Assembly (NCBI RefSeq): GCF_009914755.1
Contig: NC_060930.1
Source: the human T2T-CHM13v2.0 reference genome, Homo sapiens
Strand: one strand, 5' to 3'
DNA: 64,000 nt
Part shown: positions 1-10,990 of the stretch, in pieces
Layout: each line of letters starts with the position of its first letter
How positions within the stretch are numbered: position 1 is the stretch's first letter
Translations under genes and position numbers: made by a program
Notes under the pieces: model-generated
Seen by the model: the letters and a program-made list of their open reading frames with translations, nothing else
The model's database searches: none
What the model was told of the DNA's origin: nothing

Positions 1-345
1 TCCTGGCACATTCTGCTCCAGCCACACTGGCCTTACTGTTCCTTAAACACAGTCAAAGCTTATTACTGACTTAGGATCCTTATCATTACCTTCCCTCTAC
101 CAGAATGTTTTGTTCCCAAAGCTTCACACTACTGGCCACTCACCATTCAGGTCTTGGCTCCTAACCACCCTACATACCCTACTACCCCCTTCACTCCCAT
201 ACCATTTCTAACCTTCTACTCCATTTGATTTTCTTCACTGCTCTTAGCCCTAGAAGATAACCTCCATGAGAGCATGGGTTCTGCCCTATTCACCTCAGTG
301 CCTATAAAAGTACCTGGCATAGAGGTACTCAATACCTGTGTGAAT
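1..345 (+). mobile_element. L2 LINE 3' fragment
   Basis: Degenerate L2 tail (cctggcatagaggtactcaata...gtgaatg). Confidence 0.5.
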
Positions 346-434
346 GCTTAAAGTAATTATTGCGGTCCTTTTTCAAATAACTGCACTTCACTGACAGTGA
401 AGAGTTACACATATGAGGATGGGATAATGTTGGC

Positions 435-870
435 TGTGGTAGGCAGAAATGTAAGATGGCACCCAAGATCCCTGCTCCCAGATACACACACCCATATAAT
501 CCCCTCCCCTTGAGAGTGGGCAGGACCTGGAAATATGATGGGATAGTTACTCCAGTAACTTTATATAAGAGTCTTGTAGCTGACTGGAGGGAGATTCTCC
601 AACTAGCCTTGAAGAAGCAAGCTGCCATGTTGTGAGAGGCCCATTGGCTAGGACTTGGGGGTGGCCTCTAGGAACTGAAAGCTACCTCTAGCTAACAGCC
701 AGCAAGAAAAGGAGGATCTCAGTGGTATAATCACAAGAACCAAATTCTGCTACCAACCACTGAGCTTAATAGAGGACCCTGAGCCTCAGATGAGATTATA
801 ACCCTGCTGACACTTTGATTTCAGCATAGTAAGACCCTGAGCAGAGAAGCCAGTTGTGCCATGCTTGGAC
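435..870 (+). mobile_element. MaLR LTR (MLT1E/F-like)
   Basis: Starts tgtggtaggcagaa...aagatggc; carries typical MLT1 motifs (gctgccatgttgtgagaggcc, gagcctcagatgaga). Confidence 0.65.
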
Positions 871-1012
871 TTTTACTTATATAATGGCCATCAATACTAT
901 CAGACCCAACGCCTACTTTTTATAACAAATATTTTATTACAACGCCCTACTATTCTGAAATAAAATTCAGAGATATATAACCTACTAAACACTTTTTTTT
1001 AATGTATTAGCA

Positions 1013-1063
1013 AGCCAGGCACATGTCTAATAGTCCCAGCTACTCGGAAAGTTGAGGTGGGAG
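1013..1063 (+). mobile_element. Alu monomer (FLAM-like), 5' part, split by the provirus
   Basis: agccaggc...tagtcccagctactcggaaagttgaggtgggag continues as gattgcttgagccc at 9026. Confidence 0.8.
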
Positions 1064-1486
1064 TGGGAGGTGAGGCCAGCTGGACTTCCTGGGTCGGATG
1101 GGGACTTGGGGAACTTTCCTGTCTTACAAGAGGATTGTAAATTGCACCAATCAGTGCTCTGTAAAATGCACGAATCAGCAGGATTCTAAAAGTAGCCAAT
1201 CGCGGGGAGGACTGAAAAGAGCGCGCTTTGATAGGACAGAAACGAAACATGGGAGGGGACAATAAAGGAATAAAAGCTGGCCACCTCAGCCAGCAGCAGC
1301 AACCCGCTCAGGTCCCCTTCCACGCTGTGGAAGCTTTGTCCTTTTGCTCTTCACAATAAACCTTGCTACCGCTCATTCTTTGGGTCTGTGCCATCTTTAA
1401 GAGCTGTAACACCACAAAGGTCCGCAGCTTCATTATTGAAGTCAGTGAGACCAGGAACCCACCAGCAGGAACAAACTCCGGACACA
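1064..1486 (+). mobile_element. 5' LTR (LTR12F-like)
   Basis: tgggaggtgaggccagc...ccggacaca, 423 bp; CCAAT-containing 24-bp repeats, TATA-like AATAAAA and a poly(A) signal AATAAA; about 90% identical to the 3' LTR by hand count. Confidence 0.92.
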
Positions 1487-1489
1487 TCT

Positions 1490-1507
1490 TGGGGACTTGT
1501 CCAGGAT
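1490..1507 (+). promoter_or_regulatory. Primer binding site, tRNA-Pro-like
   Basis: TGGGGACTTGTCCAGGAT matches PBS-Pro TGGGGGCTCGTCCGGGAT at 15/18 and begins 3 nt after the LTR end. Confidence 0.8.
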
Positions 1508-2674
1508 ATCGCTATGCGGTGAGTACTATCGGACCCCTTTCGCTTGCTATTCTGTCCTATTTTTCCTTAGAATTCAGGGGCTAAACACTGGGCACCTGTC
1601 AGCCAGTTAAAAGTGACTAGTGCGGCCACCGGACTAAAGACACGGGTGTCAGGCTTTCTAGGAAAGGGCTCTCTAACAACCCTTGCCTCTTCGGAGTCGG
1701 GAGCGTTGCTTTGCCTGGAACCAGCTTCTGCTTTTCCTGCACTTCCGGGCTGAGCCGAGGGTCAACAGAGAGGAAAGCCATTCAGCTCCAAAAAGTTGGT
1801 TGACCCTGCAGCCATGAGCAGAACTCTCAAGGTTACATCACCCAAGCGAGACTTGCCCATCTATTCTATCTATCCTGACCCTTGCCTCCTGGGTCCCAAT
1901 GCCTCTCAGAGAAGTTCCTCCCACCTCTCTTCTCCAAGGCTAGTCCTGCTTCTCAAAACCACTCCCTGTCCCCGATGCTCTTCTAGTTTCTCCTATAAGG
2001 ATAATTTGTAACATAAATTTCAGGACTCTGTTCCCTTCTTTAGGCACCCAGGCTTACCAATCAGAAAGACATAATTTTTGCCCAAAGCCCCGTCATAGGG
2101 GGTACTATCTGGAATTTTAGGATGCCTCCTCAGACTAGCAGGCCTAACAAAGGCCATTCCCAAAGCCAGGATATGGAGAGCCTCAGAAATTACAGACTCC
2201 AAAATTGGGGGGATGTCCTTCCTATTCAAATGATGAGAAGTGAGGACAAAAGACGTCACTGTTCCAATGCTGGAAATCCCTTCCCTCCCTCAGTGTATGG
2301 CCCTCCACTCCATTTTGAGGCATATCATCTTCATAGGACAAGGGTAAGGTCCCAGCACCAACAGGAGAAAACACTTAGGACTCTAACTAACAGGTTTTTG
2401 AGAATGCATCCGTAAGGGCTACTAAATCCAACCTTTCTCGGTCCTCTTTGTGGTCTAAGAGGAAAGGCAAGGGTGCAGGTTTTTGAGAATGTGGTGGTTA
2501 AGAGCCACTAAATCTGACCTTCCTCGGTCCTCTTTGTGGTCTAGGAGGAAAACAAGTATTTCCACTGCTGCTTCAGTGAGCGCAACTATTCCAAACAGCA
2601 GGGTCCAGGGACCATTGTGGGTTCTTGGATGGGGAAAAATACAGACCAAAACCACGGACGGTTTTTCCTTTCAG

Positions 2675-4141
2675 ATGGGAAACACTCAGGTATCAACAAG
2701 CTCACCCTTGAAATGCATCCTAAGCCACTGGGACCAATTTGACCCGCAAAACCTGAAAAAGCAGCAGCTTATTTTTTTCTGCACTACGGCCTGGGCCCAA
2801 TATTCTCTCCCTGATGGGGAAAAATGGCCACCTGAGGGAAGTATAAATTACAGTACTATCCTGCAGCTTGACCTTTTCTGTAAGAGGGAAGGCAAATGGA
2901 GTGAAATACCTTATGTCCAAGCTTTCTTTTCATTGAAGTATAATCCACAACTATGCAAAGCTTGCAATTGACATTCCACAGGAGGACCTCTCAGCTTATC
3001 TCCATATCCTAGCCTCCCCACAGCTCCCCTTCCTATAATGATGAGCCTCCTCTAATCTCCCCCACCCAGAAAGGCAAAGAAACAGGCAAAGAAATCATCA
3101 AGGGACCACAAAACCCCCCAGGCTATCGGTTATGTCCCCTTCAAGCTGTAGGGGGAGGGGAATTTGGCCCAACCCAGGTGCATGTCCCCTTTTCTCTCTC
3201 TGATTTAAAGCAGATCAGGGTAGACCTGGGGAAGTTTTCAGATGATCCTGATAGGTATATAGATATCCTATAGGGTCTAGGGCAAACCTTCAGCCTCACT
3301 TAGGGAGATGTCATGCTACTGTTAGATCAAACCTTGGCCTTTAATGAAAAGAATGTGGCTTAAGCTGCAGCCCAAGAGTCTGGAGATGCCTGGTAACTTA
3401 GTCAAGTAAATGACAGAATGATAGCCGGAGAAAGGGACAATTTCCCTACCAGTCAGCAAGCCGTCCCCAGTATGGATCCCCACTGGGACCTAGACTCAGA
3501 TCATGGGGACTGGAGTCGCAAACATCTGTTGACCTGTGTTCTAGAAGGACTAAGGAGAATTACGAAAAAGCCCATGAATTATTCAATGATGTCCACCATA
3601 ACTCAGGGAAAGGAAGAAAATCCTACCACCTTCCTTGAGTGGCTATGGGAGGACTTAAGAAAATATACTCCTCTGTCACCTGACTCCCTCAAGGATCAAT
3701 TGATCCTAAAAGATAAGTTTATTACCCAGTCAGCCACGGATATCAGGAGAAAGCTCCCAAAAGCTAGCCCTGGGCCCTAAGCAAAATTTGGAGGCATTAT
3801 TAAACCTGGCAACCTTGGTGTTCTATAATAGGGACCAAGAGGAACAGGCCAAAAAGGAAAAGCAAAATAAAAGAAAGGCCACAGCCTTAGTCATGGCCCT
3901 CAGACAAACAAGCCTTGGTGGTTCAGAGAAAACAGAAAATGAAGCAGGCCAATAACCCCGTATGGCTTGTTATCAGTGTGGTTTGCAAGGACAGTTTAAA
4001 AAAGATTGTCCAAAGAGAAACAAGTCACCCCCTTGCCCATGTCCACTATGCTGAGGCAATCACTGGAAGGCACACTGCCCCAGAGGACAAAGGTTCTCTG
4101 GGCCAGAAGCCCCCAACCAGATAATCTGTCAACAGGACTGA
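2675..4141 (+). pseudogene. gag: gag remnant (stops and frameshifts)
   Basis: Starts MGNTQ...[15 protein letters not shown]; MHR-like TITQGKEENP; zinc knuckles CYQCGLQGQFKKDC and CPLC*GNHWKAHC; ends QQD-TGA. Confidence 0.88.
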
Positions 4142-4560
4142 GGGTGACTGGGGAAAGCACCAGCTCATGTCATCACACTTACTGAGCCCTGGGTAAGTTT
4201 AATCATTGAGGGCCAGGAAATTGACTGTCTCCTGGACACTGGCACAGCTTTCTCAGTGTTAATCTGCCCTGGATGGCTGTCCCCAAGGTACATTACCATC
4301 TGAGGAATCCTGGGACAGCCTTGTAACCAGGTATTTCTCCCACCTCCTCAGTTGTAATTGGGAGACTTTGCTCTTTTCACATGCCTTTCTTGTTATGCCT
4401 GAAAGTCCCACACCCTTATTAGGGAGGGACATATTAGCCAAAGCTGGAGCTATTATCTATATGAATATGGGGAATAAGTTGCCCATTTGTTGCCCCCTAC
4501 TTGAGGAGGGAATCAACCCTGAAATCCGGGCATTGGAAGGGCAAAAAATGCCTGCCCAGT
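4142..4560 (+). pseudogene. pro: Retroviral protease remnant
   Basis: LLDTG active site (about 4228-4242) and PTPLLGRDILAK motif. Confidence 0.85.
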
Positions 4561-7066
4561 CCAAATCAGGCTAAAAGACCCCACCACTTTTCCTTATCAA
4601 AGGCAATATCCCTTAAGGCCTGAAGCTCATGAAGGATTACAGGATATTCTCAGATATTTAAAAGTTCAAGGGTTAGTAAGAAAATGCAGCAGTCCCTGCA
4701 ATACCCGAATTCTAGGAGTACAAAAACCAAAAGGTCAGTGGAGACTAGTGCAAGATCTTAGATTCATCAATGAGGCAGTAATTCCTCTACATTCAGTTGT
4801 ACCCAACTCCTATACCCTGCTCTCTCAAATACCAGAGGAAGTGGAATGGTTCACTGTTTTGGACCTGAAGGATGCCTTCTTCTGCATTCCCCTGCACTCT
4901 GTCTGCCAGTTTCTCTTTGCCTTTGAGGATCCCACAGACCACACGTCCCAATTTACATGGACGGTTTTGCCTCAAGGGTTTAGGGATAGCCCTCATCTGT
5001 TTGGTCAGATATTGGCCCAAGATCTAGGCCACTTCTCAAGTCCAGGCACTCTGGTCCTTCAGTATGTGGATGATTTACTTTTGGCTACCAGTTTGGAAGC
5101 CTCATGCCAGCAGGCTACTCTAGATCTCCTGAACCTTCTAGCTAATCAAGGGTACAAAGCATCTAAACCGAAGGCCCAGCTCTGCCTACAACAAGTCAAA
5201 TATCTAGACCTAAGCTTAGCCAGAGTAACCAGGGCCCTCAGCAAAGAACGAATACAGCCTATACTGGCTTGTCCTCGCCCTAAGACATTAAAACAGTTGC
5301 GGGGGTTCCTTGGGATCACCAACTTTTGCCAACTATGGATCCCTGGATACAGTGAGATGGCCAGGCCACTCTATACTCTAATCAAGGAGACCCAGAGGGC
5401 AAATAGTCATCTAGTAGAAAGGGAACGAGAGGCAGAAACAGCCTTCAAAACCTTAAAGCAGGCCCTAGTACAAGCTCTAGCCTTAAGCCTTCCCACAGGA
5501 CAAAACTTCTCTTTATATGCCAGAGAGAGAGCAGGAATAGCTCTTGGAATCCTTACTCAGACTCACGGGACAACCCCACAACCAGTGACATACCTAAGGA
5601 AATTGATATAGTAGCAAAGAGCTGGCCTCACTGTTTACAGGTAGCTGTGGTGGTGGCCATCTTAATATCAGAGCCTATCAAAATAGTACAAGGAAAGGAT
5701 CTCACTGTCTGGACTACTCATGATGTAAATGGCATACTAGGTGCCAAAGGAAATTTATGGCTATCAGACAACCACCTGCTTAGATATCAGGGGCTACTCC
5801 TTGAGGGACCAGTGCTTCAAATACGCACATGTGCGGCCCTCAACCCTGCTACTTTTCTCCCAGAGGATGGGGAACCAATCAAGCATGACTGCCAACAAAT
5901 TGTAGCCCAGACTTATGCCGCCTGAGAGGAACTCTTGGAAGTCCCCTTAGCTAATCCTGACCTTAACCTATATACTGATGGAAGTTCATTTGTGGAGAAT
6001 GGGATGCAAAGGGCAGGTTATGCCATAGTTAGTGATGTAACAGTACCTGAAAGCAAGCCCCTTCCCCCAGGGACCAGCACCCAGTTAGCAGAACTAGTGG
6101 TGCTTACCCAAGCCTTAGAACTGAGAAAGAAAAAAAGAATAAATGTGAACACAGATAGCAAGTACGCTTATCTAATCCTACATGCCCATGCTGCAATATG
6201 GAAAGAAAGGGAGTTCCTAACATCTGGGGGAACCCCCAATAAATACCACAAGGAAATCATGGAGTTACTGCATGCTGTACAAAAACCCAAGGAGGTGGCA
6301 GTCATACCCTGCCAAAGCCATCAAAAAGGTGAAGAGAAAAGGCAGAAGGAAACCGTCGGGCAGATGCTGAGGCCAAAATTGCTGCCAGGCGGAACCTCCC
6401 AACAGAAATACCTATGGAAGGACCCTTGGTATGGAACAACCCTGTCCAAGAGATTAAGCCCCAGTATTCCCTGACCAAAACAGAATGGGGACTTTCACAG
6501 GGGCATAGTTTTCTCCCCCTGGGGTGGTTAACGACATTAGAGGGGAAGGTACTCATACCCGAAGCCAGCCAGTGGAAAATACTTAAGTCCCTCCACCAAA
6601 CTTTTCATATGGGTATTAAGAACACTCATCAAATGGCCAAATCCCTATTTACAAGGCCAAATCTCCTCTGGACCATCTGACAAGTAGTCAAAGCCTGTGA
6701 GGTGTGCCAAAGGATAATCCCTCGGTCCGTTGTAAGGCCCCTCTGGGGCAACAAAGAATAGGGCACTATCCCGGGGAGCACTGGCAGTTAGACTTCTCCC
6801 ATATGCCTAAGTCAAGGGGATTTCAATACTATGTTAGTCCCTGTTGATAACTTTACAAATTGGATAGAAGCCTTCCCCTGCAAGACAGAGAAGGCTCAGG
6901 AAGTGGTTAAAGTCCTAATTCATGAAATAATTCCTAGATTTGGGCTTCCCCAAAGCTTACAAAGTGACAATCGTCCAGCTTTTAAAGCCACAGTAACTTA
7001 GGGAATTTCCAGGGCACTAGGGATACAATATTACCTTCACTGCACCTGGAGGCCACAATCCTCAGG
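4561..7066 (+). pseudogene. pol: pol remnant (RT, RNase H, truncated integrase)
   Basis: RT motifs LDLKDAFF, LPQG and YVDD in ORF 4748-5611; RNase H YTDGSS in ORF 5935-6474; integrase HHCC, WQLDF, SDN and WRPQSSG, then truncated. Confidence 0.92.
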
Positions 7067-8470
7067 CCCCATCTCTGATAGGACCAAAAATACCCTAATA
7101 GGATGCGCAATCCAGCTTTTATGCTCTTACATTTCCAACCTCACCTATTACACAAGCAATGAAAAGCCTATACATGGCCCTGTAACCACGAACACCGTGT
7201 TAACTTTCCAAGCCCCTTTATGCATCCAATGCAACCTGTTATCAGGCCTGCCCCTGGGGCACCTACTATCCCATCAGTGTAATTACACCCTACAACTTCA
7301 AGCCCCAACTGATCATAGTAACTTCCCAGTTACCCAAACAGCTCCATTCAGATGGCTTGTCGCCCTGCTTCACAGTCTGGGTTTTGTAATGGCAAACATA
7401 CTCCCTGCATGACCATTCATCCCTGCAATCCCTGCAGCAGCACCCCCACCACTAATGAATGCCTTCTCATCCCGTCTTTCAATTACTCTCTTGAATGGTT
7501 CCTAGTAGATACAAAACAGTTTTTTCTCCAATGGGAAAATAGAACACAGGGAGCCACTCAGTTTGCTCCCAACACCCCTTTCCAGCCACTCACCGGGGCT
7601 ACCTTGGCAAGTACTCTAGGAGCATGGGAAAATGAAAACAACAAACTCACACACCTTTTTAACATACACAACCAGTTCTGTCTACCCAGCTAAGACATAT
7701 TCTTCTTATGTGGAATGTCAACCTATATCTGCCTCCCCACCAACTGGACAGGCACCTGCACCTTAGTCTTCCTAAGTCCCAACATTGACATTGCCCCAGG
7801 AAATTAGACTCTATCAGTGCCCCTCAAAGCTCAAGTCTGTCAGCACAGGGCCATACAACTAATACCCCTACTTATAGGGATAGGAATGGCCACTGCTACA
7901 GGAACCATAATAGCTAGTTTATCTACTTCATTATCCTACTACCACACACTCTCAAAGGATTTTTCAGACAGTTTGCAAAAAAATAACAAAATCTATCCTT
8001 ACTCTACAATCCCAAATAGACCATTTGACAGGAGTGACTCTCCAAAACCACTGAGGCCTAGACCTCCTCACTGCTGAGAAAGGAGAACTCTGCACCTTCT
8101 TAGGGGAAGAGTGTTGTTTTTACACTAACCAGTCGGGAAAGTACAAGACGCTTCCCGGCATTTACAGGAAAAGGCTTCTGAAATCAGACAACGCCTCTCA
8201 AATTCCTATACCAACCTCTAGAGTTGGGCGACATGGCTTCTCCCCTTTCTAGGTCCCATGACAGTCATCTTGCTATTACTTGCCTTTGGGCCCTGTATTT
8301 TTAAACTCCTTGTCAAATTTGTTTCCTCCAGGATTGAGGCCATCAAGCTACAGATGGTCTTACAAATGGAACCCCAAATGAGCTCAAGTCACAACTTCTA
8401 CCAAGGACCCCTGGACTGACCCACTGGCCCTCTGACTGGCCTAGAGAGTTCCCCTTGGGAGGATACTACA
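7067..8470 (+). pseudogene. env: env remnant, 5' truncated
   Basis: Fusion peptide AIQLIPLLIGIG, ISD LQNH*GLDLLTAEKGEL, CX6CC motif (CTFLGEECC), TM segment and KLQMVLQMEPQ tail. Confidence 0.88.
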
Positions 8471-8559
8471 ACTGCAGGGCCCCTTCTTTGCCCTATCCAG
8501 CAGGAAGTAGCTAGAGCAGTCATCACCCAGTTCCCAACGGCAGTTTGGGTGTCCTGTTT

Positions 8560-8569
8560 AGAGGGGGGA
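8560..8569 (+). promoter_or_regulatory. Polypurine tract
   Basis: agagggggga immediately before the 3' LTR. Confidence 0.85.
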
Positions 8570-8570
8570 T

Positions 8571-9021
8571 TGAGAGGTGAGGCCAGCTACACTTCCTGGG
8601 TTGAGTGGGGACTTGGGGAAGTTTCCTGTCTTACAAGAGGATTGTAAAACGCACCAATCAGCACTCTGTAAAACGCACCAATCTGCGCTCTGTAAAACGC
8701 GCAAATTAGCAGGATTCTAAAAGGAGCCAATTGCGGGGAGGACTGAAAAAAGTGCACTCTGATAGGACAGAAATGGAACATGGGAAGGGACAATAAGCGA
8801 ATAAAAGCTGGCCACCCCAGCCAGCAGCTGCAACCTGCTCAGGTCCCCTTCCACACTGTGGAAGCTTTGTCCTTTCGCTCTTCACAATAAACCGTGCTAC
8901 CACTCACTCTTTGGGTCTGTGCCATCTTTAAGAGCTGTAACACTCACCGCGAAGGTCCGCGGCTTCATTCTTGAAGTCAGAGAGACCACGAACCCACTGG
9001 CAGGAACCAACTCTGGACACA
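8571..9021 (+). mobile_element. 3' LTR (LTR12F-like)
   Basis: tgagaggtgaggccagc...ctggacaca, 451 bp, three 24-bp U3 repeat units. Confidence 0.92.
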
Positions 9022-9092
9022 GGAGGATTGCTTGAGCCCAAGAGTTTGAGACCCACCTGGGCAAAAGAGTGAGACTCCTATCTTTAAAAAAA
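9022..9092 (+). mobile_element. Alu monomer, 3' part, split by the provirus
   Basis: ggaggattgcttgagcccaagagtttgagacc...gtgagactcctatct followed by an A tail. Confidence 0.8.
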
Positions 9093-10687
9093 TTAAATAT
9101 TGCTTCTCAGCCTTTTGGCTAAAATCAAGCATAGTAAAAAAATAAAAACAAAAATAGAAATACATTATGCAACAGAATGGTACACAAAATGGTACACAAA
9201 ATCCTACCCCCCATCCAGAAAAAAAAAACACTGTAAGACAGAAACAAAATAAAATAATTTATAATGAAATAATATTTATCTCATAAAATTACATTAGAAG
9301 ACAAAGATACTCCTATAAATTTTCATCATGTCCTATGAGGGGAGATTCCATGTCTAATAAGAACTGGTTTCAAGAATTAGTGTACCTAGAATACATGGAC
9401 TCCAATTTAGGAGAATAGTTAATCTTGAAATGTCTAGTATTTGCTAATTTTGTTTCTTTTTGTATCATGTTGTAAGGCAGTTTTCATAGTTACATTAGTA
9501 TTATATTTTTATTCTAACCTTTTTCCAAAATGGACTTAGGTTTGAAAGCTTCATAATTTCCCTTTTGTCCTTCTCCTCCTCAATTATTAAGTACTCACTG
9601 GGTACATGACACTATTTCTTGAAATTAATTCTCACAATTAAGTAGACCTTTAAAGCTTCTAATTCATTTCCCAACTCACATTTTTCAGATGTGAAGAGAA
9701 AATCATCATCATCTAGTAGCTCATTATACATGCTATAAAATATTTCACCGTTTCACCCCATCTGTGAAGTTGGCCACAGTAAACATGTTTTGTTGCCTTA
9801 GTCAAGATTTACGATAATATAATAATGTAATTTTAAAGGCCACATGCCAAAGTACTTCCTAAATTAATAAAAATACTTAGCATTTAACCTATAACACACT
9901 TTAAAATCATCACATAATCTTGCAGGTAGCTACTTGCCCATTTGCCCAGGGCTAGTAACAATTGATGGAGAGCCTGTCACCAAGCCTATTTACTTGATTT
10001 ATTTTACAGTAGCTTTCTAAGGCCACATACATAATGGGTACTCACTTTGTGATGGGAAAATAAATTATTTGGTCTGGACAACCTGACAGTGTTACTATTA
10101 AGTTATTAATTTGCTAAGAGGGAGTAATTCCCTGAATAGCCTTCTTTCCTGCCCAAACAAGAACACAATTAGTAAATATTCACAGATTCCTAGAACATAG
10201 AGCTGAAAAGAATTCAAGCATCATAACTATGACTTTTTACAGATGAGAAAACTGAGGGACTTGTTCAAAGTCACAACATTCAAAGGCAGAACCTGAGATA
10301 GAATAAGGAGAGATACAGCATCTCAACTTTCTCATTTAGAAAATGGTCGCTGCCCCTAAAGGGTAACTATGAGGATAAAATAAAACACATGAAGGACATA
10401 GTACAGTGCTTCACATGTAACAGTCATTTCATACTATCATTTTCCTTCTCACATTTTCTTTCTGACATGTATATTGCACTGACAACAAATTACACTCCAT
10501 TCAGGAACAGGAGTCACCTGAAGGCTACAGAGGAATCACCTAACCCCAACTCTCATAAGTTAAGTCTATACTCCCAAAAGTTTCAAGGACTTTCAATTTG
10601 TTGGACTGAGCCCAAGCCAATGTCCCCAGAGTTGAGAGTATGCAGTTTACAGCCAACTGTTCAACCTTGTGCTCCACACATACTTAA

Positions 10688-10990
10688 AAAAAATTTTATT
10701 ATTTAATTTTTGTGGGTACATAGTAGGTATATACATTTATGGGGTACATGAGATGTTTTGATACCAGCGTGCAATGCATAATAATCACATCATGGAAAAT
10801 GGGGTATCCATTCCCTCAAGCATTTATCCTTTGTGTTACAAACAATCCAATTATACTCTTTTTAGTTATTTTTTAAATGTACGATTAAATTATTATTGGC
10901 TATAGTCACCTTGTTCTGTTTTCAAATACTAAGTCTTATTCATTCTTTTTTGCTTGTTTGTTTGTTTGTTTGTACCCATTAACCGTCTCC
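10688..10990 (-). mobile_element. L1 3' end fragment (L1MA/L1PB-like)
   Basis: gtgggtacatagtaggtatatacatttatggggtacatgagatg is an antisense L1 3'UTR. Confidence 0.8.

Larger units (their letters stand above)
1064..9021 (+). mobile_element. HERV9-family (LTR12F-type) provirus, near full length, defective
   Basis: Two LTRs with TG...CA ends, 4-bp TSD GGAG (1060-1063 and 9022-9025), PBS, gag-pro-pol-env remnants and PPT. Confidence 0.93.

Noticed and set aside
2391-2550. About 86-bp tandem duplication in the proviral leader
   Set aside because: Real, but as I recall it is a shared feature of HERV9/HERV-W leaders rather than specific to this locus.
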